A DNA stretch of 64,000 bases from an uncultured bacterium (GTDB lineage: Bacteria; AUK180). The notes under the pieces were generated by a model. The model did no database searches and was not told the origin of the DNA. It saw only the letters and a list, made by a program, of their open reading frames with translations. This document shows, in pieces, positions 44,537-53,807 of the stretch (position 1 is its first letter; every line of letters begins with the position of its first letter). A program made the translations under genes and the position numbers. The DNA lies in the NCBI GenBank assembly GCA_937863565.1, contig CALMGJ010000014.1, positions 23,817 through 87,816 on the forward strand, written 5' to 3'.

Positions 44537-46124
44537 CACGATACTGAACCAGCGTTTCCAGATTGATGGACGGTCGTGCAAAGAGATAACCCTGACCGTA
44601 TTGGATGCCGAGTTTTTTAACGACTTCCAGTTCTTCCTTCTTTTCGATGCCTTCAGCTATGATCTTGGCGTCGATGTTACGGCAGATGCTTATCAATGCC
44701 TTTACGACCGAATCCTTTATGAAATTCTTATGTATATCAGCTATCAGGCTTCTGTCTATCTTCACGAAATCGACCTCGAGCTCCACAAGGTACTGAAGAG
44801 ACGAATATCCGCTTCCGACATCGTCGAGCGCTATTTTAATACCCTCGCTTTTGATCTTTTTAAAAAGCTGAACGAATTTATGAAAATCCTGAATAAATTT
44901 TTTCTCCGTGATCTCAAGGACAATATCGAAATCGGGCCTTGATTTTTTCAACGAAGTCAATGTGCTCACTACGGATTCAAAAGCGTGAGGATGAATATTG
45001 ACAAAAAGCATCCGGTTATTCTTGATATATTTGAATTTCTCCATGCTCTTCTTAATGCAGAGAAGTTCAAGATCTTCGATCTTATCAAATTTGAAACCCA
45101 TTTCGAAAAGAAATTCAGGCGCTTGCCACATCGTATTGGCGGGGCCTCTTGAAAGGGCTTCGTATGCTATGATCTCGTATCTGTTATCGAGGTCCACGAT
45201 CGGCTGGAATTCTGTCCATACGTCCTGGTTCTTGATGATGCGGGAGAACTCCCCGATATATTTGGAGAAGCGGTTTTTCTTCGTATCCCAGATAACCTCG
45301 TAAGCTTTTTTTATCATCGAGTATATACTGAGCTCGATATTCTCGTGGGCGACCTCGAAGGAAGTATCAGAGAAACCATAGGTATAATTCTGGTTATTTG
45401 AACCGAGCTTGGGAATGATGATATCCTCGATGTCCTTGGTGAGTTCCAGGAAAATATTCTTGCTGAAAGATTCGGGGTAGAAAATAAGAAGGACGAAATC
45501 ATTCTCTGTAAAGGGGAAGATGAGGTAGCGGTTCTGAAGAGGCATCTGATTCCCCATGAACTTTTCGATCTCTCCGATGATATCGAGCATGAGCTCGTTC
45601 TTCTCAGATTTGACGGGGTTCTGGACTTCGAAAATGTAGACCCTGAGGTTCTGATAAATCTTTGAAAGCGTTGATATTTTATTGAAATTCATAAGGAAGG
45701 ACGGACTTACTTTCGAGATCATCTGAATGCCTTCATCGTTCTCGAATGCAAAGAAATTATGCGCCGAAAGCACTTCCTTTATCGAGAAGAAGACTTTATC
45801 GGAAGAGAACGGCTTCATCAGTACATAATCTGCGCCGAGGAATTTTGCTTTATGCGCCGCCTCCTCATTTGCCGCGATGAAGATCACTCCGCAGTTAGCG
45901 GTCTTGGGAGAGAATTTTATCTTCTGAATGATAGTAAAATCCTCTTCGATCGCGCCTTCGTCTATAAGGATCGTTCTAATGTTCTTGTAATTGGTGATGA
46001 AAGAGAGAAAGGAATTCTTCTCAGGTATCCAAAAGGGATTGATACCGTTACGGACAAGGTAGAGAAAGAGCTCCTGGTATTGCACTTCTTCAGGAACTAT
46101 GTACAGAATATCCGTAATATTCAT
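44529..46124 (-). CDS. Receiver-like domain / degenerate GGDEF / EAL-domain c-di-GMP phosphodiesterase
   Basis: EAL motifs are intact (YEALSRGP, VNIHP, EITE, ALDDVGSGYSSL, KIDRSL, AEGIE, GQGYLFARP). TENDF replaces GGDEF. The receiver-like N-terminus has PEE in place of DD. ATG 46124 is preferred over the TTG at 46139. Confidence 0.8.
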   Translation of the reverse strand: MNITDILYIVPEEVQYQELFLYLVRNGINPFWIPEKNSFLSFITNYKNIRTILIDEGAIEEDFTIIQKIKFSPKTANCGVIFIAANEEAAHKAKFLGADYVLMKPFSSDKVFFSIKEVLSAHNFFAFENDEGIQMISKVSPSFLMNFNKISTLSKIYQNLRVYIFEVQNPVKSEKNELMLDIIGEIEKFMGNQMPLQNRYLIFPFTENDFVLLIFYPESFSKNIFLELTKDIEDIIIPKLGSNNQNYTYGFSDTSFEVAHENIELSIYSMIKKAYEVIWDTKKNRFSKYIGEFSRIIKNQDVWTEFQPIVDLDNRYEIIAYEALSRGPANTMWQAPEFLFEMGFKFDKIEDLELLCIKKSMEKFKYIKNNRMLFVNIHPHAFESVVSTLTSLKKSRPDFDIVLEITEKKFIQDFHKFVQLFKKIKSEGIKIALDDVGSGYSSLQYLVELEVDFVKIDRSLIADIHKNFIKDSVVKALISICRNIDAKIIAEGIEKKEELEVVKKLGIQYGQGYLFARPSINLETLVQYRDD

Positions 46125-46429
46125 GTAATCATATAACAAAAAAATATTTATTTGTCAACTAATTTTTGAAAAAATTTCCATAATCCGCAAGATAGAGGAG
46201 AGAGGAACGATCGGGTACTATATCTTGAAGCGAGACCGGAACCGGGTCACGTTGAATATTCTTCTCACGATATATTCGATATAACATGAAAAATGGAATT
46301 ATAGTGGAACTATCACGGAATAAAGACGGGAAAGTGGAATATTATTCATATCGCTTTATATCATTTTCGCGTATCACTCCAATAATACAAGATTAACACG
46401 GATAATGTTCTTCAGGCGGAAAAATCAAC

Positions 46430-46457
46430 TTGAAAAAAAAATTTAATTTGTTAATAT
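46430..46457 (+). promoter_or_regulatory. Promoter candidate TTGAAA-16-TAATAT upstream of the oxidoreductase operon
   Basis: Hexamers read directly. GGGAGGA lies 4 nt before the ATG at 46490. Confidence 0.3.
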
Positions 46458-46489
46458 AAATTATCGTTATTTAATTTACGGGAGGACAT

Positions 46490-47047
46490 ATGATCGAGAT
46501 CAGACTACACGGCCGCGGCGGTCAAGGCGCGGTCAAAGCCGCCGAAATACTTGCGAAAGCGGCGTTCTATGACGGCAAGGTCGTCCAATCATTCCCATTC
46601 TTCGGCGTTGAGAGAAGGGGTGCGCCCGTTCAGGCGTTCACGAGGATCAGTGATGAGAAGATACGGATTCATTCGTACATTTACGAGCCGGATGTGCTTG
46701 TGGTTCTTGATCCGACCCTGATAGGAGCTGAAGGCGTGAATATCCTGGAAGGCCTTAGATCTGGAGGGAAGGTCATCGTGAACAGCACGAAAGAACCTTC
46801 GGCGTTCGACTTCCACGGTAAGAACGGTGTGACCGTTTATACGGTAGATGCCACTGCCATTGCTGTAAAGAATAAGCTTGGGAGTGAAAGTGCGCCCATT
46901 GTGAATACGGCCATCGTGGGCGCTATCGCGAAGGTCACCGGCCTTGTTACTATCGATTCCGTAAAAAAGGCCATTTTTGATACGATCCCCCGCAATAAAG
47001 AAGCCAACGCGGTCGCCGCGGAAGATACTTTTAAAAATGTCAAATAG
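46490..47047 (+). CDS. porG: 2-oxoacid (pyruvate-type):ferredoxin oxidoreductase, gamma subunit
   Basis: IRLHGRGGQG...ERRGAP motif and gamma-delta-alpha-beta gene order. The substrate (pyruvate, 2-ketoisovalerate or 2-oxoglutarate) cannot be fixed from sequence alone. Confidence 0.8.
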   Translation: MIEIRLHGRGGQGAVKAAEILAKAAFYDGKVVQSFPFFGVERRGAPVQAFTRISDEKIRIHSYIYEPDVLVVLDPTLIGAEGVNILEGLRSGGKVIVNSTKEPSAFDFHGKNGVTVYTVDATAIAVKNKLGSESAPIVNTAIVGAIAKVTGLVTIDSVKKAIFDTIPRNKEANAVAAEDTFKNVK

Positions 47048-47055
47048 GTGATGAA

Positions 47056-47343
47056 ATGACGGATGATAAAAAAGTCGAATTGAACAAGGTTTCCGATTAT
47101 CCCGAAATGCCCGTTTCCCTCGGTTCGATGCTCTGGAATAAAACATCGTCCTGGAGGAACTTCAAACCGGTCATTGACGGGACCAAATGCATAGGATGCG
47201 GCATATGCTGGAAGTTCTGCCCGGAACCGGCGATCTTCCCGACCAATCCGCCCACCGTGGACTACGATTTCTGCAAGGGTTGCGGCATCTGCATCTCCGA
47301 ATGCCCGACCAAAGCGATCTCGAAAGTCGACGAAACAAGGTAG
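47056..47343 (+). CDS. porD: 2-oxoacid:ferredoxin oxidoreductase, delta subunit (2x[4Fe-4S] ferredoxin)
   Basis: Two CxxCxxCxxxCP motifs (CIGCGICWKFCP and CKGCGICISECP). Confidence 0.85.
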   Translation: MTDDKKVELNKVSDYPEMPVSLGSMLWNKTSSWRNFKPVIDGTKCIGCGICWKFCPEPAIFPTNPPTVDYDFCKGCGICISECPTKAISKVDETR

Positions 47344-47352
47344 GAGAGCAGA

Positions 47353-48507
47353 ATGAAACAGGTAATGAACGGAGATTTCGCCGCCTCATACGGAGCTATG
47401 AGCGCTCTGGTGAAATATGTCGCCGCATATCCCATCACGCCGCAAACACTGGTCGTAGAGAAACTCTCGGAACTGGTCGCGGACGGAGAAATGGACGCTG
47501 TTTTTTCAAAAGTGGAATCCGAACATTCGGCAATGGCCGCCTGTATAGGCGCAGAAGCCGCGGGAATAAGAACTTTTACGGCGACCTCGTCGCAGGGTCT
47601 TCTTCTCATGTGCGAAGTGCTGCATTGGGCGGCTAGAGGACGATTGCCCATTGTTCTGGCCAATGTGAACAGGGCCGTGGCTCCCGGCTGGTCGATCTGG
47701 GCGGATGCGCAGGATTCGATCTCGCAGCGGGATACCGGCTGGATGCAGGTCTATGCCGAGGATAATCAGGAAGTATACGATTCGATAATAATGGCGTACA
47801 AGATCGCGGAAAGCCCGGATGTGCTGCTTCCCATGATGATCAATCTGGACGCTTTTTTCCTGTCACATACTTCTGAAGTAGTAGATCTCATCGATAAAAA
47901 GGACATCGAAAAATTCCTTCCTCCTTATGAACCGAAATTCAAACTCAACCCGTCAGAACCACACGCTTTCAATGCGTTGACATCGCCGGACCACTATTTC
48001 GAACTGACATACAAGATGCATCTTGCCATGGAAAAGGCGAAAAAGAGGATCACGGAAGTAGGCGTCGAGTTCGAGAAGATGTTCGGAAGGAGATACGGCC
48101 TTACGGAGTCCTACAGGATCGAGGATGCCGATACCGTGCTGGTCACTTTCGGCACGATAGCAGGGACCGCGAAGGAAACGGTAGATCTTCTGAGGAAAGA
48201 AGGTAAAAAGGTCGGGAATCTCAAGATCAGAGTGTTCAGGCCTTTCCCGCAGGAAGAAGTCTGCGAGGCCCTGAAGAACGCGAAGAAGGTCATTGTCGTG
48301 GACAGGGATTATTCTTACGGATTCGAGGGCGCCTTCTTCACTGAAGTGAAATCCGCGCTCTACAACAAGGGCGTTATGAAACCTCTTTACGGCATGATGG
48401 CCGGTATAGGCGGCCGCGATGTCTCAACGGGCACGCTCAAGGAGATAGTTGCAAAAGCCGAAGGCGAAGATCCGAAGAATCCCTATTTCATAGGAGTGAA
48501 ATTATGA
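47353..48507 (+). CDS. porA: 2-oxoacid:ferredoxin oxidoreductase, alpha subunit
   Basis: YPITPQT, SEHSAMAACIGA and TATSSQGL motifs. Confidence 0.85.
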   Translation: MKQVMNGDFAASYGAMSALVKYVAAYPITPQTLVVEKLSELVADGEMDAVFSKVESEHSAMAACIGAEAAGIRTFTATSSQGLLLMCEVLHWAARGRLPIVLANVNRAVAPGWSIWADAQDSISQRDTGWMQVYAEDNQEVYDSIIMAYKIAESPDVLLPMMINLDAFFLSHTSEVVDLIDKKDIEKFLPPYEPKFKLNPSEPHAFNALTSPDHYFELTYKMHLAMEKAKKRITEVGVEFEKMFGRRYGLTESYRIEDADTVLVTFGTIAGTAKETVDLLRKEGKKVGNLKIRVFRPFPQEEVCEALKNAKKVIVVDRDYSYGFEGAFFTEVKSALYNKGVMKPLYGMMAGIGGRDVSTGTLKEIVAKAEGEDPKNPYFIGVKL

Positions 48508-49418
48508 ACGAGAAGAAAAAAGACCTTACGCTCTCCATACCGAAAGAAGAGATCATGCAGCCCGGCCATCTCGCCTGTCAGGGATGCGGCGCTTCGCTCG
48601 CCATGAGATACGCCTTGAAAGCCCTGGGGAGGAATGTGATACTCGATATTCCCGCCTGCTGCTGGGCCGTAATAGACGGTCCTTTTCCTTATTCCGCAAC
48701 GGGCGTTCCGATCTATCATACGGCTTTTGAAACCGCGGCGGCCGTTGCATCCGGTATAAGCAACGGACTGAGATCGGTAGGGAAAAGCGGAGCCACCATC
48801 ATGGCCTGGGCCGGCGACGGCGGCACCTTCGATATCGGCATTCAGGCTCTTTCCGGCGCGGCCGAGAGAAATGACGACATCATATACACCGTTTACGACA
48901 ATGAAGCGTATATGAACACAGGTATACAGAGATCTTCAGCCACCCCTCACGGCGCCTGGACGACGACCACGCCGGTCAAACATTTCAAGAAAGGGGAGAA
49001 GAAGGACCTCGATTCGATCATGGTGGCTCACGGGATACCGTACATGGCCACAGCTTCCATTTCCCATCCCGAGGACCTAATAAAAAAATACCAGAAAGCG
49101 GCGAAGATCCGAGGCACGAAGTTCCTTCATGTATATGCGCCGTGCCCGACTGGATGGAAATCCGATCCCGCAATGACGGTCAAAGTGGCGAAGCTTGCAG
49201 TAGAAACGAACGTCTTCCCTATTTATGAGGTCGAGAACGGAAATTACAGGATCAATATAAAACCTTCAAAAAGAAAAGAAGTGAAGGAATACCTTTCCAT
49301 GCAGGGCAGGTTCAAACATCTCACAGAAGAAGATGTGAAATACATACAGGAGAATATTGACCGCAAGTGGGATACCCTTCTTAAAAAGGAGCAGTACTTT
49401 TCCTCAAAGGAGAAATAA
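48504..49418 (+). CDS. porB: 2-oxoacid:ferredoxin oxidoreductase, beta subunit (TPP-binding)
   Basis: CQGCG, GDGGTFDIG and DNEAYMNTG TPP-binding motifs. Confidence 0.85.
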   Translation: MNEKKKDLTLSIPKEEIMQPGHLACQGCGASLAMRYALKALGRNVILDIPACCWAVIDGPFPYSATGVPIYHTAFETAAAVASGISNGLRSVGKSGATIMAWAGDGGTFDIGIQALSGAAERNDDIIYTVYDNEAYMNTGIQRSSATPHGAWTTTTPVKHFKKGEKKDLDSIMVAHGIPYMATASISHPEDLIKKYQKAAKIRGTKFLHVYAPCPTGWKSDPAMTVKVAKLAVETNVFPIYEVENGNYRINIKPSKRKEVKEYLSMQGRFKHLTEEDVKYIQENIDRKWDTLLKKEQYFSSKEK

Positions 49419-50777
49419 ATGAAATTCAAGGCCGTACTTTTACTGGCACTCTGTGTCCTTGCTTCAATATCCGGCGCATCGTTTTTCAATGACGAGGAGA
49501 TCGCAGGAAGCGGACTGGACTTCTTCCTCGGCCCGAAGATCATTACCGATCCGGATGATCCTTCGAACAAGGAATACGCTTTCTTCGGATCGCTAAGCCC
49601 CGAATTCAAACTGGGACTTTTCAGCATCGGCCTGGATCTAAGATTTCAGTACAATATCTCTGAAGGAAGGTTTTATTCGGAGGACTGGAATACCGTGGCG
49701 GGCGTTCTGAGGAAAGTGCGTTTCATGAAGGTAGGCCGGAAATTCTCCAAATACTACTTCCGCTACGGGGAGATAAAGGGCGGTTTCATAACTCCGGGGG
49801 TCCTTATTTCGAACTACAACAATATGACGCTTATGGACCTTGAGAAAAGAGGTCTCGAACTGGACCTCGATTTCGGTTATGCCGGATTCGAATCGATGGT
49901 CAATGATATCTCCTCGCCTACCATGCTCGCCTTCAGGATCTTCGTCCGGCCGCTTAAAAGCCTTAAAGTGCCCCTTCTTTCCACGGCGCAGGTAGGTTTC
50001 TCCATGGCCGGCGATCTCAGGGCGCCGGCGAATGTGCAGTACGGCGAAGTCTGGAATGAAGATGCGGGAGAAACGGTAACGGCGGTTCTCAAGGATGACG
50101 AGGGGGAATTCCTCTGCGATTATAAGGTGCTGCACGGATGGTCGCTTGATGTTTTCGCCCCCATCACCAAATTCAATATCCTTACAACGGGAGTTTACGC
50201 GGGATATTCGAAGATCCCCAATGAAGGGACAAGGATCAATGCCGGAGCATATGCCCATACCGTTTTCGACATCAAGGTCAATCTTGAATACAGGAGCATG
50301 AACGGTGCAGGCGACTGGAACGTATTCGATGAGAACTATGAAGTTGATAAATGGAATTACAGAGGAAGCTATCTTTCGAAATACGATTACCTTTTAAGCG
50401 GGATATTTGAAGATAGCTGTTCGGGGATATTCGGCGGGATTTCCGGGAATATCTTCGGGAAGATACTCCTTTCCGGTAGTTATGAGGATATGGAAGGCCC
50501 CGCGAACGGAGTGCTGAGGCTGAATCTCGACCTCACACGCGTCGTGGATAAGATAAAGGCATACCTTACATATTCCAAGACGATGATCGATCATCCGGAC
50601 GATCTTTTTACTTTTGACGAGAGGAGCATTTTCATCGGGAACATCTCTTATGCGCTCACGAAGTTTTTCAATATCTCTCTTGACTACAAACGGATTTACA
50701 GGTATAATGACGAGTTCGGAATTTACGAACCTGTTGAAACATTAACGCCGGCGTTTTTGTTCAGCATCGATTTTTAA
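49419..50777 (+). CDS. Hypothetical outer-membrane beta-barrel-like protein
   Basis: Signal peptide, alternating strand pattern and a C-terminal ...FLFSIDF. Its ATG directly abuts the porB stop (TAAATG). Confidence 0.5.
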   Translation: MKFKAVLLLALCVLASISGASFFNDEEIAGSGLDFFLGPKIITDPDDPSNKEYAFFGSLSPEFKLGLFSIGLDLRFQYNISEGRFYSEDWNTVAGVLRKVRFMKVGRKFSKYYFRYGEIKGGFITPGVLISNYNNMTLMDLEKRGLELDLDFGYAGFESMVNDISSPTMLAFRIFVRPLKSLKVPLLSTAQVGFSMAGDLRAPANVQYGEVWNEDAGETVTAVLKDDEGEFLCDYKVLHGWSLDVFAPITKFNILTTGVYAGYSKIPNEGTRINAGAYAHTVFDIKVNLEYRSMNGAGDWNVFDENYEVDKWNYRGSYLSKYDYLLSGIFEDSCSGIFGGISGNIFGKILLSGSYEDMEGPANGVLRLNLDLTRVVDKIKAYLTYSKTMIDHPDDLFTFDERSIFIGNISYALTKFFNISLDYKRIYRYNDEFGIYEPVETLTPAFLFSIDF

Positions 50778-50784
50778 TACGCTC

Positions 50785-50858
50785 GGGCGGTTAGTTCAGT
50801 TGGTTAGAACGCATGCTTCACACGCATGAGGTCACTGGTTCGAGTCCGGTACCGCCCA
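50785..50858 (+). tRNA. tRNA-Val (anticodon CAC)
   Basis: Cloverleaf folded by hand. Acceptor stem GGGCGGT/ACCGCCC and D-stem GTTC/GAAC. Anticodon stem CATGC/GCATG with loop TTCACAC. T-arm ACTGG-TTCGAGT-CCGGT, discriminator A. CCA is not encoded. Confidence 0.9.
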
Positions 50859-50881
50859 TTTTCATGATCGGAGGAAAATAA

Positions 50882-52567
50882 ATGAAACGCTCGCATTTTT
50901 TCATACCCACACAAAAGGAAGTCCCTCAGGATGCGGAGATAGTTTCCCATCAGATAATGATCAAGGGAGGGTATATAAGAAAGACTGCCGCAGGCATCTA
51001 TACGCTTCTTCCCATTGCTCTCAAGATCCAAAAGAAGATCGAGAACATCATCCGGAAACACATGAACGCGGCCGGGGCATATGAGATCTATATGCCCGTC
51101 CTTTCTCCCGCAGAACTCTGGATGGAAACGGGACGCTATCAGATATACGGGAAGGAATTGATGCGGATCAAGGACCGCCATGACAGGGATTTCGTACTAG
51201 GGCCCACGCATGAGGAGATCGTGACGGATATCGTAAGGAAGAACATTAAAAGCTACAAGGAACTCCCCGTGTGCCTTTATCAGATACAGACCAAGTTCCG
51301 CGACGAGGTGCGCCCCCGCTTCGGGATCATGAGGGGAAGGGAATTCACGATGAAGGACGCTTACAGTTTCGACGCTTCTCCGGAAAAGGCCGTTGAATCG
51401 TATCTTAAGATGGAAAAGGCATATAACGATATTTTTTCCGAACTTGAACTGGAGTATTCCGAAGTAGAGGCTCAATCCGGCCCCATCGGAGGATCAACTT
51501 CGAAGGAGTTCATGGTGCACGCCAGTTCCGGAGAGGATAAGATTCTCTCCTGCGCACGCTGCGGTTATGCGGCGAACATCGAAAAGGCCGGCGCGAAATA
51601 CGATAATCCGGATGAACCGCTGAAGGAGCTTGCCGAGGCGGAGACCCGTGATAAGAAAAGCGTAGAGGATGTGGCCGCCTTTATGAACATGAAACCCGAA
51701 AAGATCATAAAGACCATAATCGCTAAGACGGAAAAGGGATTCCGCGCTCTCCTTTTAAGAGGAGACAGGGAACTTAATACGGAGAAGGCGAAAGCTGCGC
51801 TCGGACTTCTCGAGATCGTTTTCGCCACTGAAGCGGAGATAGAAAAAATAACAAAAGCGCCTCAGGGTTTTTCAGGTCCGGTTGGTTTGGAAGATATACC
51901 CGTGATCGCAGATGTTTCGCTTCAAGGCCTGAGAAATGCCGCAGCTGGCGCGAACAAGAAGGATATGCACTTTCTGAACGTGAACGCGGAGCGGGATTTC
52001 AGGGTGGAAGAGTATGCCGATATCGCTTTCGCGAAAGAGGGCGATGCCTGCGTCAAATGCGGAGGCGAGCTCAGGTCTTTCAGCGGCATCGAAGTGGGAC
52101 ATATCTTCGTTCTCGGAACGAAATATTCGAAATCCATGAGCGCCAGATTCCTGGATGAGAACGGAAAAGAACAGATCTACCATATGGGGTGCTACGGTAT
52201 CGGCGTAGGGCGGACGATGGCATCCGTGATCGAGCAGAAATATTCTCAGGATAAAGGCATGTACTGGCCCTCCTGCATCGCGCCGTTCGATGCGGAGATA
52301 CTTGTGATGAACTGCAAGAACGAGGATGCGGTAAAGGCCGGACAGGCCCTGTATGAGAAGATGAAGGCCGCGGGGCTCGATCCGGTCATCGATGAACGCA
52401 ATATCAATGCCGGCATCAAGTTCGCCGAAAGCGACCTTCTCGGAACGCCTTTCAGGATCGTTCTCGGGAACAGATTCCTGGAAACGGGGAAATACGAAGT
52501 GCTGAAAAGAAAGACCTTTGAAAAGACCGAGATGACCGAAGAAGAGGTAATGGCACTTTTCGGATGA
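50882..52567 (+). CDS. proS: Proline--tRNA ligase (bacterial type with an editing insertion)
   Basis: Class II motifs (FRDEVRPRFGIMRGREF, GCYGIGVGR) and a 561-aa length. Confidence 0.9.
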   Translation: MKRSHFFIPTQKEVPQDAEIVSHQIMIKGGYIRKTAAGIYTLLPIALKIQKKIENIIRKHMNAAGAYEIYMPVLSPAELWMETGRYQIYGKELMRIKDRHDRDFVLGPTHEEIVTDIVRKNIKSYKELPVCLYQIQTKFRDEVRPRFGIMRGREFTMKDAYSFDASPEKAVESYLKMEKAYNDIFSELELEYSEVEAQSGPIGGSTSKEFMVHASSGEDKILSCARCGYAANIEKAGAKYDNPDEPLKELAEAETRDKKSVEDVAAFMNMKPEKIIKTIIAKTEKGFRALLLRGDRELNTEKAKAALGLLEIVFATEAEIEKITKAPQGFSGPVGLEDIPVIADVSLQGLRNAAAGANKKDMHFLNVNAERDFRVEEYADIAFAKEGDACVKCGGELRSFSGIEVGHIFVLGTKYSKSMSARFLDENGKEQIYHMGCYGIGVGRTMASVIEQKYSQDKGMYWPSCIAPFDAEILVMNCKNEDAVKAGQALYEKMKAAGLDPVIDERNINAGIKFAESDLLGTPFRIVLGNRFLETGKYEVLKRKTFEKTEMTEEEVMALFG

Positions 52568-53460
52568 GAAGGATATTCTTCGTATTGTTGATCGGATTAT
52601 CCGTGCTTCCGTTCGCAAATATCGCCATGCCCGGATACTGGAGTATCGGCACGGGTTTCGATATTACTTCACCCGAAGGCGAGGCGTTGGAACATGTTTC
52701 AATGGAAAGCGAAGAGATCTATGTCCATCTGTACAGGGGTTTCGCGGTAGTACGCGCCGTTTTCCTGATGAAGAACGGGATGAAGGGCGACATCAAGAAG
52801 GCCCGTATCGGCTTTCCGAAATCGGGAAGCCTCCGCGGACAGATCTATTATCATCTCGAGATGGGGGAATCTGAGAATTTCACAGTGTATTCCAACGGGG
52901 AGCAGGTGAAAGGCATTGCAGAAGAACATTTCGAGGAAAGTTCTCCCCGGATGGATGTCTGGTATGTATGGGAGCAGGATTTCCCGGCCGCCTCATATAC
53001 TAAAATAGAGCTATTCTACGTCGTGAACACGAACTATGCGTCGATCACGAAAGGATATTCCAATATAAAGGGCATGGCATTCTCGTATATCCTTGAAACG
53101 GGGGCTTCATGGAAGGGGAATATCGGCTCCTCAATCGTTTTTATACGGCTTTGCGACGGGATCACGGTGAATGATCTCAACTCCGTTTACGATTTCAAGG
53201 CGATGAAGGTCAGGGGACCGGATGAACTCTTGTTCGAATATGCCTCGTATGAACCGAGCATTTATTCGAATATTTTCATTAACTACCTGAAGCCTGCCGA
53301 CGGTTTTGACTTTCCAAAGATACTGTCCGATACTCAGAAATATTACGAGAAGATAAGATCCGAGAGCATCGGCCGCGGAGACATCCCTGAGTTCAGGTAT
53401 TTCGGGAACAGGAAACTGATGAGGCGTTTCGAGAAATTCCTGGAGAGGACCGCTTCTTAA
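52564..53460 (+). CDS. Hypothetical secreted protein
   Basis: Signal peptide and no recognised motif. ATGA overlap with proS. Confidence 0.45.
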   Translation: MRRIFFVLLIGLSVLPFANIAMPGYWSIGTGFDITSPEGEALEHVSMESEEIYVHLYRGFAVVRAVFLMKNGMKGDIKKARIGFPKSGSLRGQIYYHLEMGESENFTVYSNGEQVKGIAEEHFEESSPRMDVWYVWEQDFPAASYTKIELFYVVNTNYASITKGYSNIKGMAFSYILETGASWKGNIGSSIVFIRLCDGITVNDLNSVYDFKAMKVRGPDELLFEYASYEPSIYSNIFINYLKPADGFDFPKILSDTQKYYEKIRSESIGRGDIPEFRYFGNRKLMRRFEKFLERTAS

Positions 53461-53461
53461 A

Positions 53462-53488
53462 AAAGGTACCTGGTCTTTACATTTTACG
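53462..53488. repeat. Left arm of a 27-bp inverted repeat (AAAGGTACCTGGTCTTTACATTTTACG)
   Basis: The reverse complement of 55221-55247 is identical except for one position (C/T). It starts 2 nt after the stop of the 52564 gene. Confidence 0.9.
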
Positions 53489-53575
53489 AAAAGATATCAG
53501 GCATCGGCATTTCCGTTTATACAAATGTTCCGGAGGACTTATTTTTCGGAATTCCGGGTCATTCAAAAAAAAAAC

Positions 53576-53603
53576 TTGACACAGAATTTTAAAGTGGTAT
53601 AAT
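53576..53603 (+). promoter_or_regulatory. Strong sigma70-like promoter candidate TTGACA-16-TATAAT, giving a ~200-240-nt leader for the DEAD-box helicase
   Basis: Both hexamers match the consensus perfectly; read directly. Confidence 0.55.
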
Positions 53604-53807
53604 CTAACGGTCTTATAAAGATCTCTGCTCTTTTCGTACGGATACATTTTTCGCATGAGAACATCTGCATGTCAGAAATAATGAATAAGTATATAGTTCA
53701 GGGTACGATAATCACCCTGAGTTCCGGGTAGTCATATAGTTCATATTACATCAAAGAAATATCGAAATATCTTGAAGATCCGGGGCTGGATCGGCTTATA
53801 GAGCAAA

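Noticed and set aside
51872-52618. A 248-aa minus-strand ORF opposite proS. Similar cases are 55634-56413, 35774-36469, 30269-30901, 58376-59068 and 49638-50258.
   Set aside because: All are antisense shadows of genes with clear motifs. None has a recognisable domain or a start-codon context.
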